37,738 bases of DNA from a virus (IMGVR_UViG_3300032238_001026:1-37738); one strand, 5' to 3'; counted from the stretch's first letter, positions 31,416 to 37,618 are shown. The notes: generated by a model not told the origin, from the sequence alone. Made by a program: numbers and translations.

Positions 31416-32015
31416 TTTTTCAATTAAAAATCCCTTTCTTAAATAGTCTTTATCTTCTACAAACTCGTAATTATTAAAATTTCCTTCATCTTGATCATTC
31501 CAAACTGGAATAGCAACGTTATTATTATATCTGAAATCTGGATTTTGTCGAAAATGAGCTTCTATAAGTCTGTGCCCAATAAATTCGCAGTTAATCCATT
31601 CATAATTTCCTGTTAATTCTTCCAAAATCGGAGGAAATCCGATTTTAGATTCAATTTTGGACCACCTTTTCCATTTATATAGAGGATTTTCCGGATCTCT
31701 TTCACCTTTCACAGTAAGAACTTGAGAGAAATTCCTAAAATCAACACTAACATGTTCTCCTTCAAAGATTTCACACCAAAATTCAGCAGGATGTAAGTGA
31801 TCTGTATAGTTTTCTATCCATTCTATACGAGCAAATCGACTCATTCCTAATAAATTAAAGGATGGTCGAACAATATAATATCCTGGTTTTGGTACAGGAA
31901 CTCCTGGAGGTCCACAAAGATATCCAAGACGACGACTCAAGAACAATTTATTATAAACCCACAAATCTTTTGGATGGATTGCCTCCCATTCTTCTTTAGA
32001 ATCTAGGTGGTACAT
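31398..32015 (-). CDS. Phage hypothetical protein, possible ATP-grasp-like fold
   Basis: Track ORF of 205 aa. YIVRP..N..G, CE..EG...SVD and NCEF...LIEAHFR resemble ATP-grasp motifs. Confidence 0.7.
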   Translation of the reverse strand: MYHLDSKEEWEAIHPKDLWVYNKLFLSRRLGYLCGPPGVPVPKPGYYIVRPSFNLLGMSRFARIEWIENYTDHLHPAEFWCEIFEGEHVSVDFRNFSQVLTVKGERDPENPLYKWKRWSKIESKIGFPPILEELTGNYEWINCEFIGHRLIEAHFRQNPDFRYNNNVAIPVWNDQDEGNFNNYEFVEDKDYLRKGFLIEKRDRTP

Positions 32016-32034
32016 AGAGAGATATCCGGCTAAT

Positions 32035-32058
32035 AAAAAAGGACGCCGAAGCGTCCTT
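32035..32058 (-). terminator. Rho-independent terminator with a cUUCGg tetraloop
   Basis: The - strand reads AAGGACGC-TTCG-GCGTCCTT-TTTT. Confidence 0.85.
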
Positions 32059-32066
32059 GACGATTA

Positions 32067-32216
32067 TTATGCTGGAACTTCTTCAGTAGGAGTTGAATCC
32101 GTTTGTACAACGTCTTCTTGTACTACTGTTACAGGCATATCAGGACTATCATAATATGATGTATTAATAGGATTACCCCCATTAACTTGTCCAGCGACCC
32201 ATGCGAATTCGCTCAT
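32067..32216 (-). CDS. Hypothetical acidic peptide, 49 aa
   Basis: Hand translation: MSEFAWVAGQVNGGNPINTSYYDSPDMPVTVVQEDVVQTDSTPTEEVPA*. It has an ATGA overlap with the upstream ORF and ends just before the terminator. Confidence 0.6.
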   Translation of the reverse strand: MSEFAWVAGQVNGGNPINTSYYDSPDMPVTVVQEDVVQTDSTPTEEVPA

Positions 32217-32356
32217 TTACCTTGACCTCGATAACGTTTTCCAGCGCCATTACGGCTGCTTGCTGAATATTTAGTATGTTTACCTTGTCCTTGTCGAGTT
32301 CTTTTTGGTTTCGACTCAATTACAATCTTACCGCTCAGTGATGGTCTTTTCGCCAT
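32213..32356 (-). CDS. Small highly basic peptide, 47 aa, ending KRYRGQGK
   Basis: Hand translation: MAKRPSLSGKIVIESKPKRTRQGQGKHTKYSASSRNGAGKRYRGQGK*. Preceded by a GGAGG Shine-Dalgarno. Confidence 0.75.
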   Translation of the reverse strand: MAKRPSLSGKIVIESKPKRTRQGQGKHTKYSASSRNGAGKRYRGQGK

Positions 32357-32504
32357 AGATTTCCTCCAATTCAATTAAATTCACATCAATATCAGAATCT
32401 TGTTCATAATACTCTTCAGAAAAGTCTTGTAGTATCTCAAAGCACTCTTCATATGAGAGGCTTTGATAGATTTTACGACCGTTATAAAGAATATTGTATT
32501 TCAT
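32328..32504 (-). CDS. Hypothetical protein, 58 aa
   Basis: Track ORF re-started at ATG 32504 (MKYNILYNGRKIYQSLSYEE...). TGATG coupling to the upstream gene. Confidence 0.7.
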   Translation of the reverse strand: MKYNILYNGRKIYQSLSYEECFEILQDFSEEYYEQDSDIDVNLIELEEIYGEKTITER

Positions 32505-33277
32505 CAGATAATACGAGTTTTTTCGTGACCGACGCGAATACGAGGATCGCACCAGATTTCAAAACCTGCATCCTTTGCATCTAGACAGAATGAGACATCC
32601 TCGCCACACATGTCTTGTACTTTACCAGATTCGAAGATTTGCATCTTAGGTGCAAACCAAGGATATTCCAGATTTTCGAAGACACCATTCTTAATCAGTA
32701 CCCAACCGAAACCTGTGTAATCGACAGTGAATGGTTTGCGGCGCTTGCTCATGGTCTCAATAGTTTCATGATTCATGACGCCACCATTCTTGCGGAAATC
32801 ATCTTCTTCCAGCCAGTGAGCAACGGAAGTGGTTGTACCATCTTCGGTGCAATACCAACCGCCGGTGATTTCCTTTTCTTCCCCTTCTTCTGGAAGGGCA
32901 AGATCGCAGAGTTGCCAGAACTTCTCAGTGGTGAATACGATATCACTATCAATCCACAGTTGGTAATCATAAGGAAGCTTCCCGTCCCAGGGAATTTGCT
33001 TCGGTCCACGTAGAACGTTTGCTCCGAGACACTTGCAACGGGCAAAGTTGACCATCGATGAGTAATCTTGGGAAATTTGAATACTCATTCCGTTCTGGAC
33101 AAGATCGAAACAAAGTTGTACGAAATTTTTCAGGAAGAGAAATGAGCATCCCCTCCCAGGTAGGCAGAAAACAATGTTCTTACCTTGCATTCTTTTTTTA
33201 ATCGCATCATAATCCCATTCTTCGCCAGCGGCTTTGGGTTTTGGTGCAACAGTTTTAACAGTAAATCCTTTTGCCAT
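32504..33277 (-). CDS. Glycosyltransferase-like protein (GT-A fold)
   Basis: WIDSD DxD motif, TGFGWVLIK..VFE..EYPWF, GEDVSFC and WCDP..RVGH motifs. Confidence 0.75.
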   Translation of the reverse strand: MAKGFTVKTVAPKPKAAGEEWDYDAIKKRMQGKNIVFCLPGRGCSFLFLKNFVQLCFDLVQNGMSIQISQDYSSMVNFARCKCLGANVLRGPKQIPWDGKLPYDYQLWIDSDIVFTTEKFWQLCDLALPEEGEEKEITGGWYCTEDGTTTSVAHWLEEDDFRKNGGVMNHETIETMSKRRKPFTVDYTGFGWVLIKNGVFENLEYPWFAPKMQIFESGKVQDMCGEDVSFCLDAKDAGFEIWCDPRIRVGHEKTRII

Positions 33278-33299
33278 AAGTTTAAGTAACCTCAGATCA

Positions 33300-33328
33300 A
33301 TTTTAGTCTATTGCATTGAATAAGTCAA
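33300..33328 (-). promoter_or_regulatory. Sigma70-type (host-like) promoter for the glycosyltransferase operon
   Basis: TTGACT-17 nt-TAAAAT, 22 nt upstream of ATG 33277. Confidence 0.75.
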
Positions 33329-33490
33329 TTATTCAACCTTTGTTTGTGTAAAACTCAGATCCTCTCGTTCGAAATCCGAATATATCGAGACCAGTTGATT
33401 TAGACCTGTCCATACTTGCTGAAAATCATCTTCTGATAAATTTTCAAAAATACACCTGCCCCTTGCATATACACAATATACTGTCTTCAT
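33329..33490 (-). CDS. Hypothetical protein, 53 aa (resembles the 32328..32504 product)
   Basis: Hand translation: MKTVYCVYARGRCIFENLSEDDFQQVWTGLNQLVSIYSDFEREDLSFTQTKVE*. GAGG directly upstream of the ATG. Confidence 0.65.
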   Translation of the reverse strand: MKTVYCVYARGRCIFENLSEDDFQQVWTGLNQLVSIYSDFEREDLSFTQTKVE

Positions 33491-33732
33491 ACCCTCGTCG
33501 GAAATTATACGGAAAAAATTTTATGAGAAAATCTCAGTTTATTTCCCTCTATATATGCTCTTTATAAAAACCCCCCTTTTCGGTTTTTTCTACCAAAAAT
33601 TTTTTTTGATCTTTTTATATCTCTCTCGCTCTTTTGGTCCGTTGTAGGTTAGGGTAGTTATCGATTTTTATATAAGGGGGCACGGCGGGCGGGCATAACG
33701 ATAACGTTATACCATACACTGCCTGCTGCCCT

Positions 33733-33954
33733 TCACGAACGAACCGCCTCAACAGCCGCCACGAACTTTCTAAAGGACACCGACAAACCAGGGGACAGAG
33801 TGGGGCGACCACCTGAACCATGATGGGGCAGGGTCAGCATCAGATCAGGGCGGGAGGGATGAGTGTAAATACGATGCTTGCTGCCCTCACGAGCAATAGC
33901 ACCGACGCGGTGGAGTGAGCGGTGAGCGTCTTTAATGCGGACGGGGGAGGACAT
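33733..33954 (-). CDS. HicA-like toxin / mRNA interferase homologue, 73 aa
   Basis: REGSKHRIYTHP....LTLPHH.....LSPG matches the HicA pattern (G-S/K-H...HP...TVP.H..L..G). Start reassigned to ATG 33954, downstream of the -10 box. Confidence 0.65.
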   Translation of the reverse strand: MSSPVRIKDAHRSLHRVGAIAREGSKHRIYTHPSRPDLMLTLPHHGSGGRPTLSPGLSVSFRKFVAAVEAVRS

Positions 33955-33962
33955 AGGGTGAC

Positions 33963-33977
33963 CCGTGATCGACACGG
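33963..33977 (-). promoter_or_regulatory. Leader palindrome CCGTG-TCGAT-CACGG (copy 1)
   Basis: 18 nt downstream of the -10 TACAAT (33996-34001) and 8 nt upstream of the ATG. Confidence 0.6.
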
Positions 33978-33995
33978 GGCGGATGGGATGAATCG

Positions 33996-34001
33996 ATTGT
34001 A
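33996..34001 (-). promoter_or_regulatory. -10 box TACAAT of the last early cassette
   Basis: Same position relative to the gene as in other cassettes. The upstream dyad is not recognisable. Confidence 0.55.
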
Positions 34002-34024
34002 GCGCGGGGAGGGGGGGTGACCCC

Positions 34025-34201
34025 TCACCCGAAGGTAACGGGTTTCACGTCGTCGGCGTGGACCTCAGCGAACTGTGCCGCCCATACAGTAGCGGGCACT
34101 CCAGAGGCGGGGGTGATACGGGTAAAGGATTCGTCGTTGTTTTTACGGGCGACCCATATGGCGGCACGATCAGAGAGGCGGGATGCTTGGGAGAGGATCA
34201 T
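34025..34201 (-). CDS. Early hypothetical protein, 58 aa
   Basis: MILSQASRLSDRAAIWVARK... Start reassigned to the ATG after the CAAACGACCCC leader. Confidence 0.7.
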   Translation of the reverse strand: MILSQASRLSDRAAIWVARKNNDESFTRITPASGVPATVWAAQFAEVHADDVKPVTFG

Positions 34202-34225
34202 GGGGTCGTTTGCTTTGGTTCCCAT

Positions 34226-34283
34226 AGTGTAGACCCCCCACCCGACGAATCGGGCAGGGGGCGGACGGTTTTAGAATTGGATC
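34226..34283 (-). promoter_or_regulatory. Early-type promoter element (dyad, 29 nt, -10)
   Basis: GATCCAATT-CTAAAA-CCGTCCGC, then a 29-nt hairpin-forming spacer, then TACACT. Confidence 0.7.
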
Positions 34284-34414
34284 GAATCGAAGTGGGCGGC
34301 GGCGTCAGCGATGTTATCCTGCTCCACCTGATCGGTGATCGATTCCAGGATCTCCAGGAGTTCGGCACCGTTGGAAGCGCGGTTCAGCAGGGAAGCAGCA
34401 AGGTCAGCGGTCAT
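34271..34414 (-). CDS. Early hypothetical acidic protein, 47 aa
   Basis: MTADLAASLLNRASNGAELLEILESITDQ... The track start at 34471 lies inside the -10 box, so the start was reassigned. Confidence 0.7.
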   Translation of the reverse strand: MTADLAASLLNRASNGAELLEILESITDQVEQDNIADAAAHFDSIQF

Positions 34415-34441
34415 CGGTTGAAATGGGGGATAGAGTGTGCT

Positions 34442-34475
34442 GGGAGTCTTTAAGGGCGCTCCCGTTCCCATTGTA
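34442..34475 (-). promoter_or_regulatory. -10 box TACAAT followed by a 5' hairpin GGGAG-CGCCCTTAAAGA-CTCCC
   Basis: The hairpin begins 6 nt after the -10 (34470-34475). The loop resembles boxA. Confidence 0.5.
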
Positions 34476-34480
34476 TCAGA

Positions 34481-34615
34481 TCAGGGCGCCAGGTGGGCGC
34501 GGGTGCCGCAGGAGAGGTAGAAGTCGATCATACGCTCTGCCTCCTGCAGCGTGGGGAACCACTGTTCGCGCCAACCCCCACCATAGGGGGCGAAGTAACG
34601 GATGCAGGTTCTCAT
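34481..34615 (-). CDS. Early hypothetical protein, 44 aa
   Basis: Hand translation: MRTCIRYFAPYGGGWREQWFPTLQEAERMIDFYLSCGTRAHLAP*. It has its own -10 (TACAAT, 34642-34647). Confidence 0.7.
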   Translation of the reverse strand: MRTCIRYFAPYGGGWREQWFPTLQEAERMIDFYLSCGTRAHLAP

Positions 34616-34641
34616 GGGTTCGGTTGCTTGGTTGCTTTGGT

Positions 34642-34647
34642 ATTGTA
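34642..34647 (-). promoter_or_regulatory. -10 box TACAAT
   Basis: 26 nt upstream of ATG 34615 with an A/C-rich leader. The dyad is highly degenerate. Confidence 0.55.
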
Positions 34648-34652
34648 GCAGG

Positions 34653-34820
34653 TCAGGCAGCGATCAGGACATCATCCTCCCAGCGGGCAAATTCCAGGAT
34701 CTCATCGTAGGCGGCGTCAATGGCGCGGCAGGCATCCGCTTTCAGGATGGCGTTGCGGCACTGATCAGCGATCTCATCGATGGTGAAGCGGGCGCGGTCG
34801 GTGGAAGGGTTGTAACGCAT
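34653..34820 (-). CDS. Early hypothetical protein, 55 aa
   Basis: Hand translation: MRYNPSTDRARFTIDEIADQCRNAILKADACRAIDAAYDEILEFARWEDDVLIAA*. Confidence 0.7.
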   Translation of the reverse strand: MRYNPSTDRARFTIDEIADQCRNAILKADACRAIDAAYDEILEFARWEDDVLIAA

Positions 34821-34849
34821 TGGTCGGGTGTCGTTTGGTTGACTTGATC

Positions 34850-34907
34850 AGTGTAGGGCAGTTTAGGGTCGTTCCCAGGACCAGTGTACCAGTTAGTGAA
34901 TTGACCC
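34850..34907 (-). promoter_or_regulatory. Early-type promoter element
   Basis: GGGTCAATT-CACTAA-CTGGTACA, 29 nt, TACACT. Confidence 0.7.
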
Positions 34908-35084
34908 CTCAGCGATCAGACCCATGATCTCCCGTGCAGTGGCGGCAAAGTTGACATGATCCTCAAGGTTCTCCTGCTCATACACTTCGAACAGATCCGA
35001 TTCCCGATACGTATCCAAGATCAGAGCGCAGGCATCGTAGAGGGCAGCTGTGTGGTGTTGGCGGGAGGGGAAGGAAAGGGTCAT
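34893..35084 (-). CDS. Early hypothetical protein, 63 aa
   Basis: MTLSFPSRQHHTAALYDACALILDTY... Start reassigned to the ATG after the ACCAAACGACACCCG leader. Confidence 0.7.
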   Translation of the reverse strand: MTLSFPSRQHHTAALYDACALILDTYRESDLFEVYEQENLEDHVNFAATAREIMGLIAEGSIH

Positions 35085-35107
35085 CGGGTGTCGTTTGGTA
35101 TGGGATA

Positions 35108-35165
35108 ATTCTACACGGTCACCGTCTGGTGATTCTGCAGCAGGGTGCGGTTCACCCACTGTCCC
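35108..35165 (-). promoter_or_regulatory. Early-type promoter element embedded in the upstream ORF
   Basis: GGGACAGTG-GGTGAA-CCGCACCC, 29 nt, TAGAAT. The TAG of the -10 is the upstream stop codon. Confidence 0.65.
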
Positions 35166-35356
35166 AAGCTGCCTTGACGGTTGACCAGCAGGCGCAGCAT
35201 GTTGCGGCGGTTGCAATGATGGGCGCTGATCGAACCGCTGTGCCATTTGACGATGGCGGTAGTGGTGAGAGGCGACAGGATCACCCGCTCGCAAGCGGTG
35301 CTCTCACGCTGCACATTGATGAACACGGGCAGGTTATCCAGGGCGAAGTCCAGCAT
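35111..35356 (-). CDS. Early hypothetical protein, 81 aa
   Basis: Track ORF MLDFALDNLPVFINV...SLGQWVN. It has its own promoter and leader. Confidence 0.7.
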   Translation of the reverse strand: MLDFALDNLPVFINVQRESTACERVILSPLTTTAIVKWHSGSISAHHCNRRNMLRLLVNRQGSLGQWVNRTLLQNHQTVTV

Positions 35357-35382
35357 GGGGGGGTGTCGTTTGAACTGAGTTA

Positions 35383-35441
35383 ATTGTAAGGGGTCGGAGG
35401 GGTCAGAATGCTACCAATTGGTCCAGATCCCATTGCGGCAC
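35383..35441 (-). promoter_or_regulatory. Early-type promoter element (degenerate)
   Basis: GTGCCGCAA-TGGGAT-CTGGACCA, 30 nt, TACAAT. Confidence 0.6.
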
Positions 35442-35642
35442 ACTCTGGACCTCGCCGCCACAGTTCTTCCGCAACCAAGCGTTGACATGCTTGGTGGTCG
35501 TCGCGCTCCACTTCTTGGCAGAGCGGATCCAACCCTTACCAGGGACCAGGGCAGCAACGGGGGTCTGATAGGAGAACAGGACGCAGGTCCCGTCAGCAAG
35601 GGAGACCTCAGTCTGATTGCTGCCGATGGGTTGAACGATCAT
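35403..35642 (-). CDS. Early hypothetical phage protein, 79 aa
   Basis: Track ORF. IGSNQTEV...VLFSYQTPVAA...KKWSATTTKHVNAWL is a pattern I recognise from small phage early proteins. Confidence 0.8.
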   Translation of the reverse strand: MIVQPIGSNQTEVSLADGTCVLFSYQTPVAALVPGKGWIRSAKKWSATTTKHVNAWLRKNCGGEVQSVPQWDLDQLVAF

Positions 35643-35669
35643 GGGGGTTGGTTCGTTTGGTATGAAACC

Positions 35670-35727
35670 AGTATAGGGGGTCAGAGGGGGGCAGAGCGCC
35701 CCCAGTGGACACTCAGTAGACCGTCAC
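35670..35727 (-). promoter_or_regulatory. Early-type promoter element
   Basis: GTGACGGTC-TACTGA-GTGTCCAC, 29 nt containing a GGGGGC/GCCCCC hairpin, TATACT. Confidence 0.8.
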
Positions 35728-36462
35728 AGTGGCGGCGACCTGCTCCAGGAGATTCGCTACCTTATCCTGCTGCAGTTTCATAACAACTTGACTGTTAGAG
35801 TTAGCTTTACTGTTGCCCAGGAAAGCATTGATGCCGTTGTTACTGGTCACACGGATTCGCAGACCACAATCATACTCAGTCGCACCATCAGTAAAGATCA
35901 CCTTGCGGGAAGATTTACCATTGCCTTTGAGAACGGGAATGAAACCACGCTCGATGTAGGAAACTGCGGGATGATCGTCAGCGGAGAAGATGTAGATCTC
36001 CTGAGACTTCGTGTCGTTAACGACAACATCAAAACCAGAGTTGTTATCAATCAGACCACGTTGCAAAACATTTACAATCTGTTCGGCGCTCAGAGTATCC
36101 AACGCCTGCTCACACAATTCATTAAAATTGTCCCGAACATGAGTGATGAACTCATCATCGAAGCGGATAGACTTAGGAAGATTCCGCGCTTCCTTTACAG
36201 AGGCAATGAACTTGGTGAAAGTATCACCCAGCACATCATTGTATGCCGAAGTGTTAAACCAATCGAAGGAACCATTCTTGATACCTTCCTTGCGTTTGAT
36301 GCTGATCTTCTTATCAGCAGCAACAGCGTCTTCTTTACACTTAGTACCGCCACGCTTCTCTACAGTGGCGGGGTAGATTTTGTGCTCATTCAGAATACGA
36401 ACCGTGAGGTCCTCATTCTTTACACCGCCGTGATGAACGGAACCGTCAGTCTTGAAACCCAT
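35713..36462 (-). CDS. Putative PD-(D/E)xK-type (restriction-endonuclease-like) nuclease, 249 aa
   Basis: N-terminal G..NE...GGT..KED......ISIK arrangement, typical of type II REase-like catalytic cores. Start reassigned to ATG 36462. Confidence 0.55.
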   Translation of the reverse strand: MGFKTDGSVHHGGVKNEDLTVRILNEHKIYPATVEKRGGTKCKEDAVAADKKISIKRKEGIKNGSFDWFNTSAYNDVLGDTFTKFIASVKEARNLPKSIRFDDEFITHVRDNFNELCEQALDTLSAEQIVNVLQRGLIDNNSGFDVVVNDTKSQEIYIFSADDHPAVSYIERGFIPVLKGNGKSSRKVIFTDGATEYDCGLRIRVTSNNGINAFLGNSKANSNSQVVMKLQQDKVANLLEQVAATVTVY

Positions 36463-36470
36463 TGTGTTTG

Positions 36471-36485
36471 CCGTGCTCGACACGG
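36471..36485 (-). promoter_or_regulatory. Leader palindrome CCGTG-TCGAG-CACGG (copy 2)
   Basis: 18 nt downstream of the -10 (36504-36509) and 8 nt upstream of ATG 36462. Confidence 0.6.
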
Positions 36486-36503
36486 ATTGAATTGAACAAG
36501 CTT

Positions 36504-36561
36504 AGTATGGCGCAGATCAGGGGGAAAGTCAATCCTCAGTGGACGCTTCCTCAACTGGCAC
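36504..36561 (-). promoter_or_regulatory. Early-type promoter element that also has a canonical -35
   Basis: GTGCCAGTT-GAGGAA-GCGTCCAC, 29 nt, CATACT. TTGACT at 36527-36532 lies 17 nt from the -10. Confidence 0.8.
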
Positions 36562-36690
36562 ACTTTTCAATTGGTCGGGATTTGAAAGGACTTTAATGTC
36601 CCCACCAATGGCTTGATTGAATGAATCAAGAAGAAACTTTGAGGATTCGAATGCATTTGCATTCACTTCTAACTCTTTGTGATAAGTCAT
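36529..36690 (-). CDS. Hypothetical protein, 53 aa, AT-rich
   Basis: Hand translation: MTYHKELEVNANAFESSKFLLDSFNQAIGGDIKVLSNPDQLKSVPVEEASTED*. Confidence 0.55.
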   Translation of the reverse strand: MTYHKELEVNANAFESSKFLLDSFNQAIGGDIKVLSNPDQLKSVPVEEASTED

Positions 36691-36715
36691 TTTTCAGATC
36701 AAATATACTTTTTGC

Positions 36716-36723
36716 TATTTATC
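36716..36723 (-). promoter_or_regulatory. Late-type promoter GATAAATA inside the early array
   Basis: NATAAATA 25 nt upstream of ATG 36690. Confidence 0.5.
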
Positions 36724-36724
36724 T

Positions 36725-37612
36725 TCACCATGCCTTTTCAAGCGTAAAGTTGGCGTGAGAGAATACCTCACGGTTCACCAGTTTGAACATACCAAACTCA
36801 TTGCTCATCACATAACCTTCGGCATCAATTCGATCATGTACGATGTACGCTTCAGGACCATCATTGCGACACAGGAACAGGCAATCTTCCTTGATGCTCT
36901 TAACCAACTTCCACAAACGAATCAGGTTAGCATCACAATCGAATGCATCATCTTGAATCTCACGGCACTCACGAATGCAAGCGTTGATTTGCTTCTTCAG
37001 TTCGACAAGTTGCTTACCCTCAACGAAGTCCACAGTAGTGGTCATTTGACGAGCAAAGTTGCACACCTCTTCAACATCAGCAAACGAAGTTTGACCATGC
37101 TGAATGTATGCACGGGGTTTCACAAATTTCACATAATGAGTATCCGTGATGATAAAGTTCATCGGATGCGCTACAGCATCACGAAGGTCATTATCTGCAG
37201 TGTAGAATGTATGAGGAGCAACAATGATCTCCTGATCAACTACCTCAGGGAACTTGTAAGTGATCGTGTTAGGAGTATACTCATCGCTACCACCAAACCC
37301 AATAAAATCACCTTGAAAGATAAACTCTGTACGAGGCAACCAATCAAAACAAGCATGGAGAATTTCTGCAACCTTCCCTTGGTGGTTCGCATCAATTTCC
37401 GCATGAGAATGATTGATCTTGATTTTAACTTTGTTGAAGACAGATTTGGTGCCCACGAAGAACTCGCCGTTCGCGGGATTCTTACCCCAGACAATAGCGG
37501 GGGCACCGTCAATCTTAACGCTGAGGTTACCCTCATTCACGAACCAATCCAGCACGGTCAGATCACCGTTCAGGATGGAATCTTCGGGGTGTTCGAGGTG
37601 GGTGTTTTTCAT
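36725..37612 (-). CDS. Ligase-superfamily nucleotidyltransferase-like protein (DUF6267-like), 295 aa
   Basis: KNTHLEHPED N-terminus. KIDG (motif I), QGDF, EGYV and FKLV match RNA/DNA ligase-type motifs. Start reassigned to ATG 37612. Confidence 0.7.
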   Translation of the reverse strand: MKNTHLEHPEDSILNGDLTVLDWFVNEGNLSVKIDGAPAIVWGKNPANGEFFVGTKSVFNKVKIKINHSHAEIDANHQGKVAEILHACFDWLPRTEFIFQGDFIGFGGSDEYTPNTITYKFPEVVDQEIIVAPHTFYTADNDLRDAVAHPMNFIITDTHYVKFVKPRAYIQHGQTSFADVEEVCNFARQMTTTVDFVEGKQLVELKKQINACIRECREIQDDAFDCDANLIRLWKLVKSIKEDCLFLCRNDGPEAYIVHDRIDAEGYVMSNEFGMFKLVNREVFSHANFTLEKAW

Positions 37613-37618
37613 ACTGAT

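Noticed and set aside
31398-31435. -1 frameshift at A-UUU-UUA upstream of the pseudoknot
   Set aside because: The heptamer is not a canonical X-XXY-YYZ, and the downstream ORF has its own strong SD. It is not fully excluded.
33660-33700. Chimeric assembly or host DNA as the cause of the GC jump
   Set aside because: The GC-rich side carries phage-type promoters, a late promoter and phage-like ORFs on the same strand. Read mapping is still needed for certainty.
31158-33730. tRNA or other known RNA genes in the intergenic gaps
   Set aside because: I saw no cloverleaf or T-loop/CCA pattern, and most gaps are filled by small ORFs.
33615-33821. 68-aa - strand ORF crossing the GC junction
   Set aside because: It overlaps the HicA-like gene out of frame, has no RBS and spans a compositional break.
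34017-35783. + strand and alternative-frame ORFs in the GC-rich block
   Set aside because: High GC suppresses stop codons. The promoters, leaders and tiling all support the - strand cassette genes.
35788-36495. 235-aa + strand ORF
   Set aside because: It is an antisense shadow of the - strand nuclease-like gene, with no RBS or recognisable motifs.
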